Below, one piece after another: positions 29,064-38,847 of a stretch of 45,030 bases of DNA. The position numbers were made by a program, and so were the translations under genes. Each line of letters opens with the position of its first letter. The first letter of the stretch is position 1. This stretch comes from an uncultured Alphaproteobacteria bacterium. GTDB lineage: Bacteria > Pseudomonadota > Alphaproteobacteria > Methylaequorales > Methylaequoraceae. The stretch covers positions 1 through 45,030 of the forward strand of contig CAYYMX010000002.1 of NCBI GenBank assembly GCA_964473045.1, given 5' to 3'. Under the pieces are notes generated by a model. It did no database searches and was not told the DNA's origin. It worked only from the letters and a program-made list of their open reading frames with translations.

Positions 29064-29327
29064 TTATTTCAGAACCCTTATTTTCCGGGACAGTCTGGAA
29101 ACAATTCTGGATGCTGCATTTTTTTTTAGAACACCCTTATTGGCAGCTTTTGCGATTTCGGATTCTAAGTTAAGAAAATCTTTCCTTACATCTTTAGCTA
29201 TTTTCTTTTCTATACCAATATTGATGCTTTTAATTTTACTTCTAATCTTAGATTTTCTTGTTTTATTTATCTCAGATCTCTTAAGATTTTGAAGAATTCT
29301 TTTTTTTGCTGATTTAATATTTGCCAT
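29064..29327 (-). CDS. rpsT: 30S ribosomal protein S20
   Basis: The canonical S20 N-terminus MANIKSAKKR begins at the internal Met (29327). The 14 extra codons in the ORF track are unlikely to be translated. Confidence 0.9.
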   Translation of the reverse strand: MANIKSAKKRILQNLKRSEINKTRKSKIRSKIKSINIGIEKKIAKDVRKDFLNLESEIAKAANKGVLKKNAASRIVSRLSRKIRVLK

Positions 29328-29378
29328 AATTTCTTGAAAATTTATACTTTTGAAACATTGGTAGGTCAAGAATAAGAT

Positions 29379-29723
29379 TTATTTTTTTGGAAAAATATTA
29401 AATAAGACTCTAAGAATTCCTTTTTCTTTCTTATAATTAATTTCCAAGACCTCCTTTTCTCTAACAAAAAAGTTATCCTTTTTTTTAACCCACCCAAGAT
29501 TAGGTAATACAGTTTCATAAAAGTTTTGTGCATCTTTTATTATACCCTCACCAATTAATTCCGAGGAGACAAACCTTCCATTAACAGAATCAAACAAAAT
29601 CAATGAATCATCAACATTTTCCATATCTGCATAGATAGGAATATCATCAATCCCTAAAACAAAGTTTTCTGCTAAAACATTAAAACATGGGAAAAGAATT
29701 ATAAGGATTAATAGTATTCGCAT
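29379..29723 (-). CDS. Hypothetical small secreted protein
   Basis: I take the start at MRILLILIILFPCFNVLA (signal peptide), which removes the overlap with mutM. I do not recognise the family. Confidence 0.4.
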   Translation of the reverse strand: MRILLILIILFPCFNVLAENFVLGIDDIPIYADMENVDDSLILFDSVNGRFVSSELIGEGIIKDAQNFYETVLPNLGWVKKKDNFFVREKEVLEINYKKEKGILRVLFNIFPKK

Positions 29724-29724
29724 A

Positions 29725-30543
29725 TTAAAATTGGCAATTGGAACAGTAAAATGTAGACCTTCCTGCAAGATACAACTTCGAGACTTTATAAATCGAACAA
29801 CATCTCAAGCATGGTTGATTTAATCTTCCATAAACCTTCAACTTATTCTTAAAGTACCCAATTTTTTCATCAGATACAATAAAGTTTTTGATTGTTGTGC
29901 CACCACATTTTATTGATTCTTTTAAAATTTTTTTTACAGAAATAATTAATCTTTCAATTTCATTATCTTTTAAAGTTTTAACTAGCCTTTGAGGGCTAAT
30001 TTTTGCCTCAAAGAGTATTTCAGAACAGTAGATATTTCCTAGACCAGCTACAAATTTTTGATCCATTAGTAAATTTTTTATAACTGCACTACTAGAATTT
30101 TTTTTTTTAAAATAATTAAAATTAAATTCTCTGCTTAGTGGTTCTGGACCAATATTAGCAAGATGATTACAGCCAAAAACATCTTTTGTTGAAAGGATCT
30201 TAATAAATCCAAATTTTCTAATATCATTAAATACTAAAATTTTTTCTTTAAAAAAAAAAACGATATGATCATGCTTCTTTTTTTGAATTTTTTGACAAAT
30301 TCTAAAATATCCTGTCATACCTAGATGGCACAATAAAGCTTTCCCATTATTGTAGAAAAATATTAAATATTTACCCCTCCTAGAAATTTTGGTTACAATA
30401 AGGTTGGATAATTTGTTATTTATATTTGTAGGAATCTCATACTTAAGTTTTTTTATAATTATTTTAATTTTTAATGTTTTTTGACCAACAATATGAGTCT
30501 CTAAAAAATTTTTAACAGTTTCTACTTCAGGAAGTTCAGGCAT
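29725..30543 (-). CDS. mutM: Formamidopyrimidine-DNA glycosylase
   Basis: 272-aa ORF with the obligatory N-terminus MPELPEVE and a C-terminal CxxC...CxxC zinc finger (CLRC...CSNC). Confidence 0.95.
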   Translation of the reverse strand: MPELPEVETVKNFLETHIVGQKTLKIKIIIKKLKYEIPTNINNKLSNLIVTKISRRGKYLIFFYNNGKALLCHLGMTGYFRICQKIQKKKHDHIVFFFKEKILVFNDIRKFGFIKILSTKDVFGCNHLANIGPEPLSREFNFNYFKKKNSSSAVIKNLLMDQKFVAGLGNIYCSEILFEAKISPQRLVKTLKDNEIERLIISVKKILKESIKCGGTTIKNFIVSDEKIGYFKNKLKVYGRLNQPCLRCCSIYKVSKLYLAGRSTFYCSNCQF

Positions 30544-31261
30544 GAATAAAAGTTTAATAACGAATCTTAAAACACTAGATAAGGTTAAAAAAGAAAAGCT
30601 AGTTAGTCAAATTTTCAAAAATGTTTCAGGAAAATACGACATCATGAATGATATTATGAGCCTAGGTTTGCATAGACTTTGGAAAGAAGAGTTTGTAAAA
30701 ATTATTAAACCCAAATCCACTGACAAAGTCCTTGATCTTGCCGCAGGCTCCGGAGATATAACTAAAATTTTAAAAAAACAATCGAATTGTCATTGTATAC
30801 TTTTTGATGCTAGCTTAGAGATGATTAAACAAGCAAAAAAAAAGTTAGTAAATCATGACCTAACTTTCATTTGTGGAAAATGTGAAAAACTCCCTTTTAA
30901 AAATAATTTTTTTGATTATATTATCGTAAGTTTTGGCTTAAGGAATTTTTCTGACCTAAAAAATTCGCTGGTTGAGATCAGGAGAGTTCTTAAAAAAGAT
31001 GGTGCTTTTTTATGTTTAGAATTTAGTGAGATTAATAATCCTTTTTTTAGAAAATTATTCTTTTTTTATTGTAAACTAATTCCTATTTATGGTGAATTGA
31101 TTTCTGGCAATAAAGGAGCATATCAGTATTTGATTCAAAGTATTAAACATTTCCCAAATCAAATAAGTCTCACTAAAAGACTGGTAGATTTAGGTTTTAT
31201 CAATATTGAGGTGACAGATATTCTTGATGGATTAGCCTCAATTCATATAGCTAAAAAATAA
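30542..31261 (+). CDS. ubiE: Ubiquinone/menaquinone biosynthesis C-methyltransferase UbiE
   Basis: 239-aa ORF with VSQIFKNVSGKYDIMNDIMSLGLHRLWK and the SAM motif VLDLAAGSGD. Confidence 0.9.
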   Translation: MNKSLITNLKTLDKVKKEKLVSQIFKNVSGKYDIMNDIMSLGLHRLWKEEFVKIIKPKSTDKVLDLAAGSGDITKILKKQSNCHCILFDASLEMIKQAKKKLVNHDLTFICGKCEKLPFKNNFFDYIIVSFGLRNFSDLKNSLVEIRRVLKKDGAFLCLEFSEINNPFFRKLFFFYCKLIPIYGELISGNKGAYQYLIQSIKHFPNQISLTKRLVDLGFINIEVTDILDGLASIHIAKK

Positions 31262-32481
31262 TGCAAGAATTCTCAAGAAAAAAAATTCTTTTAATCGTTA
31301 CAGGAGGAATAGCATGTTACAAAGCTCTTGACTTAATAAGAAAGCTCCAAGAAAAGAAAGCTTCAATTGAGTGCATTCTAACAAAAAATGCTTCTGAATT
31401 TGTCAATCCTTTATCTTTCGAAAGTTTACTTGGCAAAAAAGTTCACTCTAATTTATTCTCATTAAACGAGGAAAAAGAAATGACCCATATTAAGCTTGCC
31501 AATTATTGTGATCTTAAGATTGTAGTTCCTTGTACAGCAAACTTTTTAGGAAAAATGGCAAATGGTGTAGCTGATGATTTGGCCACCAATATTTTGTTAG
31601 CTTCCAAAAATAAAAAGATAATTGCGCCGGCAATGAATACAAATATGTGGAACAATAGTGCAGTTAAAAATAATATAGAAACTTTAACTCAAATGGGTGT
31701 AAAAGTCTTGGCACCAGAAAGTGGAAAATTAGCTTGTGGAACTGTTGGAACCGGCAAACTTATGGATGTTGAAAGTATTATTGATTGTATTAGTGATTTA
31801 TTAAGAAAAAATCAAAAATTAGCTGGAATTAAAGCCATTGTAACTAGCGGACCATCCATAGAAAAGATTGACCCTATAAGGTTTGTAAGCAACTTTTCTT
31901 CTGGTTTACAAGGATATGAAATAGCTTCGTCATTATCTAAAATGGGTGCAAAAACAACCCTTATAAGTGGACCAACTTCCATGGGGACTCCAACTAATGT
32001 AAAATTAATAAAAGTTCAGACAGCAAAAGAATTTCTAGAATCTTCTATTTCAGAACTTCCATGCGACGTTTTTATCTCTGTAGCTGCAATTTCCGACTGG
32101 AAAGCAAAAAAAATTAGTAAAAAAAAACTAAAGAAAGAGAACTTTGAATTTCTTGATTTAAGGTTTTCAAAAAATATTGATGTACTAAAAACAATCTCTA
32201 ATCACAAAAAGAGACCCAAACTTGTTATTGGTTTTTCTGCAGAAACTGAAAATTTGATCAAAAATTCAGTTGTTAAACTCAAGAACAAAAATTGTGATTG
32301 GATAATAGCTAATAAAGTCTCAGCTTCAGAAGGGTTTAAAACTAAAACAAACAAAGTTTTTTTTATAGATAACAATGAAACTTTAGAGTTGCCAAAAATG
32401 AGTAAAAAAACGATCGCAGAAAAATTATCAAAAAAAATTGTTTCTTTTTTTAAAAATAATAAATTAAAGAGTTATGAGTGA
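31261..32481 (+). CDS. coaBC: Bifunctional phosphopantothenoylcysteine decarboxylase / phosphopantothenate-cysteine ligase
   Basis: 406-aa ORF. The N-terminal flavoprotein domain has LIVTGGIACYKA and PAMNTNMW. The C-terminal CoaB domain has VTSGPSIEKIDPIRFVSNFSSG. Confidence 0.95.
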   Translation: MQEFSRKKILLIVTGGIACYKALDLIRKLQEKKASIECILTKNASEFVNPLSFESLLGKKVHSNLFSLNEEKEMTHIKLANYCDLKIVVPCTANFLGKMANGVADDLATNILLASKNKKIIAPAMNTNMWNNSAVKNNIETLTQMGVKVLAPESGKLACGTVGTGKLMDVESIIDCISDLLRKNQKLAGIKAIVTSGPSIEKIDPIRFVSNFSSGLQGYEIASSLSKMGAKTTLISGPTSMGTPTNVKLIKVQTAKEFLESSISELPCDVFISVAAISDWKAKKISKKKLKKENFEFLDLRFSKNIDVLKTISNHKKRPKLVIGFSAETENLIKNSVVKLKNKNCDWIIANKVSASEGFKTKTNKVFFIDNNETLELPKMSKKTIAEKLSKKIVSFFKNNKLKSYE

Positions 32482-32920
32482 AATTTTTTTTAAAATATTA
32501 GAAAATGGTGATGATTTGTATAATCTAAAAAAAGCCACATCTGGAAGTGCAGGCTTTGATCTAGTAGCAGCTACAAAAAATGAAGAAATTTTATTACCAG
32601 GCAATACCCTTTTAATTCCATGTGGTTTTTCTCTACAAATGCCTAAGAATTTTGAAGCTCAAGTAAGACCAAGGTCTGGAATTGCACTAAAAAACTCAGT
32701 TACAGTATTAAATTCTCCTGGAACAATTGATGCTGATTACAGAGGTGAAGTATGTGTTATCCTAATTAATCATGGAAATAAAAACTTCATAATCTCGAGA
32801 GGAATGAGAATTGCCCAATTAATTTTTTCAAAGATCTCTTCTGTAAAATTAAAGCAAGTTGCAAGAATAAAGAACACCCAAAGAGGTTCAGGTGGTTTTG
32901 GTTCCACTGGAGTAAATTAG
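32474..32920 (+). CDS. dut: dUTP diphosphatase
   Basis: 148-aa ORF with motifs SAGFDL, PRSGIALK, GTIDADYRGE and RGSGGFGSTG. Confidence 0.95.
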   Translation: MSEIFFKILENGDDLYNLKKATSGSAGFDLVAATKNEEILLPGNTLLIPCGFSLQMPKNFEAQVRPRSGIALKNSVTVLNSPGTIDADYRGEVCVILINHGNKNFIISRGMRIAQLIFSKISSVKLKQVARIKNTQRGSGGFGSTGVN

Positions 32921-32930
32921 GGAGAAATAT

Positions 32931-33374
32931 TTGTTTAAGATTCAAAGAAAAATAGTTTACGCAATAGAGGCTGTTATAGATATAGCCCTTAACTCTGGAA
33001 CCAAACCTGTGCAGAATATTTCTATAGCTGATAGACAGGGAATACCTAAAAGATATTTAGAACAAACACTTCAATTATTAGTAAAAAACAATATTCTAGT
33101 AGGTTCACGAGGCCCAAGAGGAGGATACATATTAGCAAGAGAAAGAAGGAAAATATTTTTGTCAGAAATTATTAGGTCTGTGGATGTTGAAAATAAAAAA
33201 AAAAACAAAGGGCTTTCAGACTTATCCAAGAAAGTAATTAGTCCAATGATTAAAGATCTAACAAAAAAATGTTTGAATTATTTTGAAACTGTCAGTGTTG
33301 ATGAAATTTGTAGAATAGCAAAAAAGAAAAATGTTCAACCGCTATCTGAACGGAAAGTAGACTTTGACATTTAG
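32931..33374 (+). CDS. Rrf2 family transcriptional regulator lacking the three-Cys Fe-S ligand cluster
   Basis: 147-aa ORF. The TTG start is preceded by GGAG with a 6-nt spacer. The N-terminal winged helix reads YAIEAVIDIAL...ISIADRQGIPKRYLEQTLQLLVKNNILVGSRGPRGGY. There are only two Cys (positions 114 and 127), and they are not in the CX5-7CX5C arrangement. Confidence 0.8.
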   Translation: MFKIQRKIVYAIEAVIDIALNSGTKPVQNISIADRQGIPKRYLEQTLQLLVKNNILVGSRGPRGGYILARERRKIFLSEIIRSVDVENKKKNKGLSDLSKKVISPMIKDLTKKCLNYFETVSVDEICRIAKKKNVQPLSERKVDFDI

Positions 33375-34320
33375 GATTCCAAAACAGAATAAAATTTTCA
33401 ACTCCATATCAGAAACAATAGGCAATACACCTATGGTTATGCTACATAATATAAAGAAAAAATATAAGCTTTATGGCAACATTATCGCTAAACTAGAATT
33501 TTTTAATCCTCTTGGTTCTGTTAAGGATCGCATTGGCCTTGCGATGATTGAAGATGCTGAAAAAGATGGAATTATTAAAAAAAACTCAACTATAATTGAG
33601 GCAACCTCTGGAAATACTGGAATTGCTTTGGCCTTTATATGTGCATCAAAGAATTACAAGCTAATACTCACAATGCCTGACAGTATGTCCATAGAAAGAA
33701 AAAAAATGCTAAATTTTCTTGGCGCACAAATAATTCTTACTCCAAAAAATCTTGGCATGAAAGGAGCGATAGATAAGGCTAATGAAATAAAAAATAAAAA
33801 TAAAAATGCAATTATTTTGGATCAATTTAAAAACAAAGCTAATCCCAAAATTCATTACAAAAAAACAGCAGAAGAAATTTGGGAAGATTCTGAAGGTAAA
33901 ATAGATATTTTTATGTCTGGAGTTGGGACGGGGGGAACAATCACTGGGGTTGGTAATTATTTAAAAAAAAAAAGGAAAGATATTGAGATTGTAGCTATTG
34001 AACCTGAAGACTCTGCCATTCTTAGTGGTGGAGATGTTGGATCCCACCTTATTCAAGGTATTGGCGCTGGTTTTGTTCCTGAAGTCTTAGATAGGAAAGT
34101 CATTGATAAAGTCCTATCTATTAGTAACAACTCCGCATTTAAATATTCAAGAATCCTTGCTAAATATGAAGGAATCGCAGCTGGAATATCTTCAGGAGCT
34201 GTACTTGCCGCAGCAATAGAACTTAATGAAGAAAAAAAAATGATCGGGAAGAATACAATCATTATTTTGCCATCTTTTGCTGAAAGATATTTATCAACAC
34301 CTTTATTTTCAGAGTGTTAA
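33364..34320 (+). CDS. cysK: Cysteine synthase A (O-acetylserine sulfhydrylase)
   Basis: 318-aa ORF with a TTG start. Motifs are IGNTPMV, NPLGSVKDRIG (PLP lysine), TSGNTGIALA and GVGTGGTITG. It overlaps the Rrf2 gene by 11 nt. Confidence 0.9.
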   Translation: MTFRIPKQNKIFNSISETIGNTPMVMLHNIKKKYKLYGNIIAKLEFFNPLGSVKDRIGLAMIEDAEKDGIIKKNSTIIEATSGNTGIALAFICASKNYKLILTMPDSMSIERKKMLNFLGAQIILTPKNLGMKGAIDKANEIKNKNKNAIILDQFKNKANPKIHYKKTAEEIWEDSEGKIDIFMSGVGTGGTITGVGNYLKKKRKDIEIVAIEPEDSAILSGGDVGSHLIQGIGAGFVPEVLDRKVIDKVLSISNNSAFKYSRILAKYEGIAAGISSGAVLAAAIELNEEKKMIGKNTIIILPSFAERYLSTPLFSEC

Positions 34321-34321
34321 A

Positions 34322-35080
34322 ATGTTAAGTGATAAAGATCTAGAAAGGTTTTCAAGGCAAATAATTATTGACAAAATAGGTTTTGAAGGTCAAAAAAAAT
34401 TAAACAATTCTTCAATATTAATTGTTGGATGTGGAGGACTAGGAACATCGGCAAGCCAATACTTAGCAATGAGTGGTATTGGAAAAATTACTTTGCTAGA
34501 TGACGACATTATAAACCTTAGCAACCTTAACAGACAAACATTATTCCAAGAAAAAGATATAGGTAAGTTTAAAGTTAAAGTATTAGCTAGTAGATTAAAA
34601 AAAATTAATCAAAACATTACTATAAAAACTTTTTGTGAACGACTAGAAAAAAGTACTAATCATATCAATGATAGTTACGATGTAATTCTAGATTGTAGCG
34701 ATAATTTTGAGACTAGGTACTTGATTAACAAAATTTGTTTTAATCAAAAAAAAAAACTAATCTCAGCAGCATTGCAAAATTTTGATATTCAGATTTTAAC
34801 ATTCTCTCCGTGGAAAAAAAAAGAATTCCCATGTTATGAATGTGTTTTTCCGAAAGAAAAAGACTATTTATCAAAAAACTGTGATCAAATGGGTATTTTA
34901 GCTCCAATAGCTGGAATGGGAGGGGTTTTTCAAGCACTTAATTCTATAATTGTAATTCTTAATATTGACAATTCAATTTACACAGAAATGATTTTGTTTG
35001 ATGGTTTAAGTAGAATGTTCAAAAAAATTAGAATTTTTAAGAACCCCAGATGTCTGTTATGTGGCAGCAAAAAATCTTAG
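34322..35080 (+). CDS. ThiF/MoeB/HesA family E1-like adenylyltransferase
   Basis: I take the start at MLSDKDLERFSRQI, 1 nt after the cysK stop. It has the nucleotide-binding motif ILIVGCGGLGTSASQYL, plus SNLNRQ, and two CxxC pairs (CYEC, CLLC). There is no C-terminal rhodanese domain. Confidence 0.8.
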   Translation: MLSDKDLERFSRQIIIDKIGFEGQKKLNNSSILIVGCGGLGTSASQYLAMSGIGKITLLDDDIINLSNLNRQTLFQEKDIGKFKVKVLASRLKKINQNITIKTFCERLEKSTNHINDSYDVILDCSDNFETRYLINKICFNQKKKLISAALQNFDIQILTFSPWKKKEFPCYECVFPKEKDYLSKNCDQMGILAPIAGMGGVFQALNSIIVILNIDNSIYTEMILFDGLSRMFKKIRIFKNPRCLLCGSKKS

Positions 35081-36066
35081 TTCTTACTTAGATTTTCTTT
35101 TATCAGATCTGGAGGCGACATTCCTTTTTGGAAAGAATCAATGTTTTTAAAAACTCTAATCCCCATCGAGACTCGACACTCAGTTGTTGCGGAACTTATA
35201 TGAGGTAATAAAACAGCATTATCAGCTTCAAGGAGATTAGGCGTTACCTGAGGTTCATGTTCAAAAACATCTAAGCCAACTCCTCCAATTTTTTTCTTTA
35301 AAAGTAAGTTAGCTAACTCATTTTCATCAATAATCTCACCTCTTGACGTATTAACAACTATTGCTTTTTTCTTCAAAAGTTTTAGCCTTTTTTTGGAAAG
35401 CAAATGAAATGTCTCAGGTGTATAAGGACAATGAATTGAGACTATATCAACATACGCTAACATCTCATCAAGATTGTTCCAATATTTTGCATTACATTTT
35501 TTTTCAATATTTGATTTTAGTTTTTTTCTATTGTGATAACTAATTTCTATCCCTAATGAAAAACACCTCTTGGCAACTGCCAAACCAATCCTTCCCATAC
35601 CTATAATGCCAATCTTTTTTCCTGAAATTCTTTCGCCAATCGTTTCGCTAGGTCCCCAACCAGTCCATTTTTCATTTGTGAGTTTCTGCTGAGCATTTCT
35701 AACTTTTCTACAGATCATCAATATCATTGTTAAAACAAGATCTGCGGTATCTTCTGTTAAAACATCTGGAGTATTCGTAACTAAGATTTTTCTCTCCTTT
35801 GCAGTGATTAAATCCAAGTTATCAACTCCATTTCCAAAATTTGCTATTAGCTTGAGTTTCTTGCCTGCCTTGATTATAGAAGCATCAATAGTATCACTAA
35901 TACATGGAACTAAAACATCTACATTCTCAATCTTTTTTTTTAACTCTTTGTATGAATATTTTTTATCTGATTTGTTTAATTCTACAGAAAAACTTTTTGT
36001 TAATTTTTTTTCTATTATTTCAGGTAATTTTCTAGTAAGAAGAACTGTGATCTTTTTAGAACCCAT
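35077..36066 (-). CDS. D-2-hydroxyacid dehydrogenase (glyoxylate/hydroxypyruvate reductase-like)
   Basis: I take the start at MGSKKITVLLTRKLPE. Motifs are NAD-binding GIIGMGRIGLAVAKR, VNTSRG, LDVFEHEP and LPHISSAT. The 31-codon extension in the ORF track would overlap the divergent gene. Confidence 0.8.
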   Translation of the reverse strand: MGSKKITVLLTRKLPEIIEKKLTKSFSVELNKSDKKYSYKELKKKIENVDVLVPCISDTIDASIIKAGKKLKLIANFGNGVDNLDLITAKERKILVTNTPDVLTEDTADLVLTMILMICRKVRNAQQKLTNEKWTGWGPSETIGERISGKKIGIIGMGRIGLAVAKRCFSLGIEISYHNRKKLKSNIEKKCNAKYWNNLDEMLAYVDIVSIHCPYTPETFHLLSKKRLKLLKKKAIVVNTSRGEIIDENELANLLLKKKIGGVGLDVFEHEPQVTPNLLEADNAVLLPHISSATTECRVSMGIRVFKNIDSFQKGMSPPDLIKENLSKN

Positions 36067-36091
36067 TGTAAAAAAAATTTTAATTATAGTA

Positions 36092-36526
36092 ATGGTCTTA
36101 TTATTCAATTCTATACCAAATCTAGGATTTAGTTTGGAAAAAAATATTTTTTTTTCCACTAAATATAATGAAGTAAATATAAGGAATGGACCAGGAACTA
36201 ATCATCTAATTTTGTTCAAAGTTTTACAGAAAGGTTACCCCGTAAAAGCTGTTGGTAACAACGAAAATTGGCGAGAGATTCAAGACTACAAAAATAGAAC
36301 TGGATGGATATCTAAATCACAATTAAGCAAAGAAAAATTTGGTATTCTGCTTTCAAATAATCAAGACCTTCATATACTTCCTAAGAAAGATTCAAAAAAA
36401 ATAGCAGTATTAAATAAAAATGTCTTAATCAAAATTGTAAGTTGCAGAGAAAAATGGTGTAAGATTGAGATAGGTGGTAAAACTGGTTGGCTCAACAAAC
36501 ACAGCTTTTGGGGTGAGAATAACTAA
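36092..36526 (+). CDS. Bacterial SH3-domain protein (COG3807-like)
   Basis: I take the start at MVLLFNS.... The stretch VNIRNGPGTNHLILFKVLQKGYPVKAVGNNENWREIQDYKNRTGWISKSQL matches the alphaproteobacterial tandem-SH3b family. The upstream part of the track ORF is antisense to the dehydrogenase gene. Confidence 0.6.
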   Translation: MVLLFNSIPNLGFSLEKNIFFSTKYNEVNIRNGPGTNHLILFKVLQKGYPVKAVGNNENWREIQDYKNRTGWISKSQLSKEKFGILLSNNQDLHILPKKDSKKIAVLNKNVLIKIVSCREKWCKIEIGGKTGWLNKHSFWGENN

Positions 36527-36540
36527 CGAAAAAAAAATTC

Positions 36541-38691
<2,151 letters not shown>

Positions 38692-38775
38692 TTATATTTT
38701 TACAAAATCAAAACTCTGGGCTTGATGCTAAAAAAAACATTTGAGAAAATAATTTCTTCACACAACCAAATTAAT

Positions 38776-38805
38776 ATAATACAAATTTTTAGCTCACAGA
38801 GTCAA
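38776..38805 (-). promoter_or_regulatory. Candidate sigma-70-type promoter of katG (-35 TTGACT at 38800-38805, 18-nt spacer, -10 TATTAT at 38776-38781)
   Basis: The hexamers were read on the minus strand about 100 nt upstream of the katG ATG. AAGGGA lies 6 nt before the ATG as a likely ribosome-binding site. Confidence 0.35.
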
Positions 38806-38811
38806 CTTTAA

Positions 38812-38828
38812 TTTAGAATTATTCTAAT
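38812..38828 (-). promoter_or_regulatory. Candidate Irr-binding iron control element (ICE): TTTAGAA-TTA-TTCTAAT
   Basis: It contains a perfect 7-1-7 palindrome TTAGAAT-T-ATTCTAA. It matches 13 of the 14 specified positions of the ICE consensus TTTAGAA-N3-TTCTAAA. It lies between the irr-like gene and katG, 7 nt upstream of the putative -35. Confidence 0.5.
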
Positions 38829-38847
38829 TAGGCTTTTGTGGGGGATA

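Noticed and set aside
29328-29369. 14-codon N-terminal extension of the rpsT ORF in the track
   Set aside because: S20 proteins start with MANIKSAKKR, which here begins at the internal ATG (29327).
29724-29768. 15-codon extension of the small secreted protein overlapping mutM
   Set aside because: The internal Met gives a clean signal peptide and removes a 44-nt overlap with the mutM 3' end.
34277-34321. 15-codon extension of the ThiF/MoeB-like ORF into cysK
   Set aside because: Family members begin near ...L..ERY/FSRQI. The ATG at 34322 sits 1 nt after the cysK stop.
35804-36159. Long mutually overlapping N-terminal extensions of the SH3-protein ORF (from 35804) and the dehydrogenase ORF (to 36159)
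   Set aside because: Each extension is antisense to the conserved body of the other gene. The internal starts at 36092 and 36066 give proteins of family-typical length and leave a 25-nt gap.
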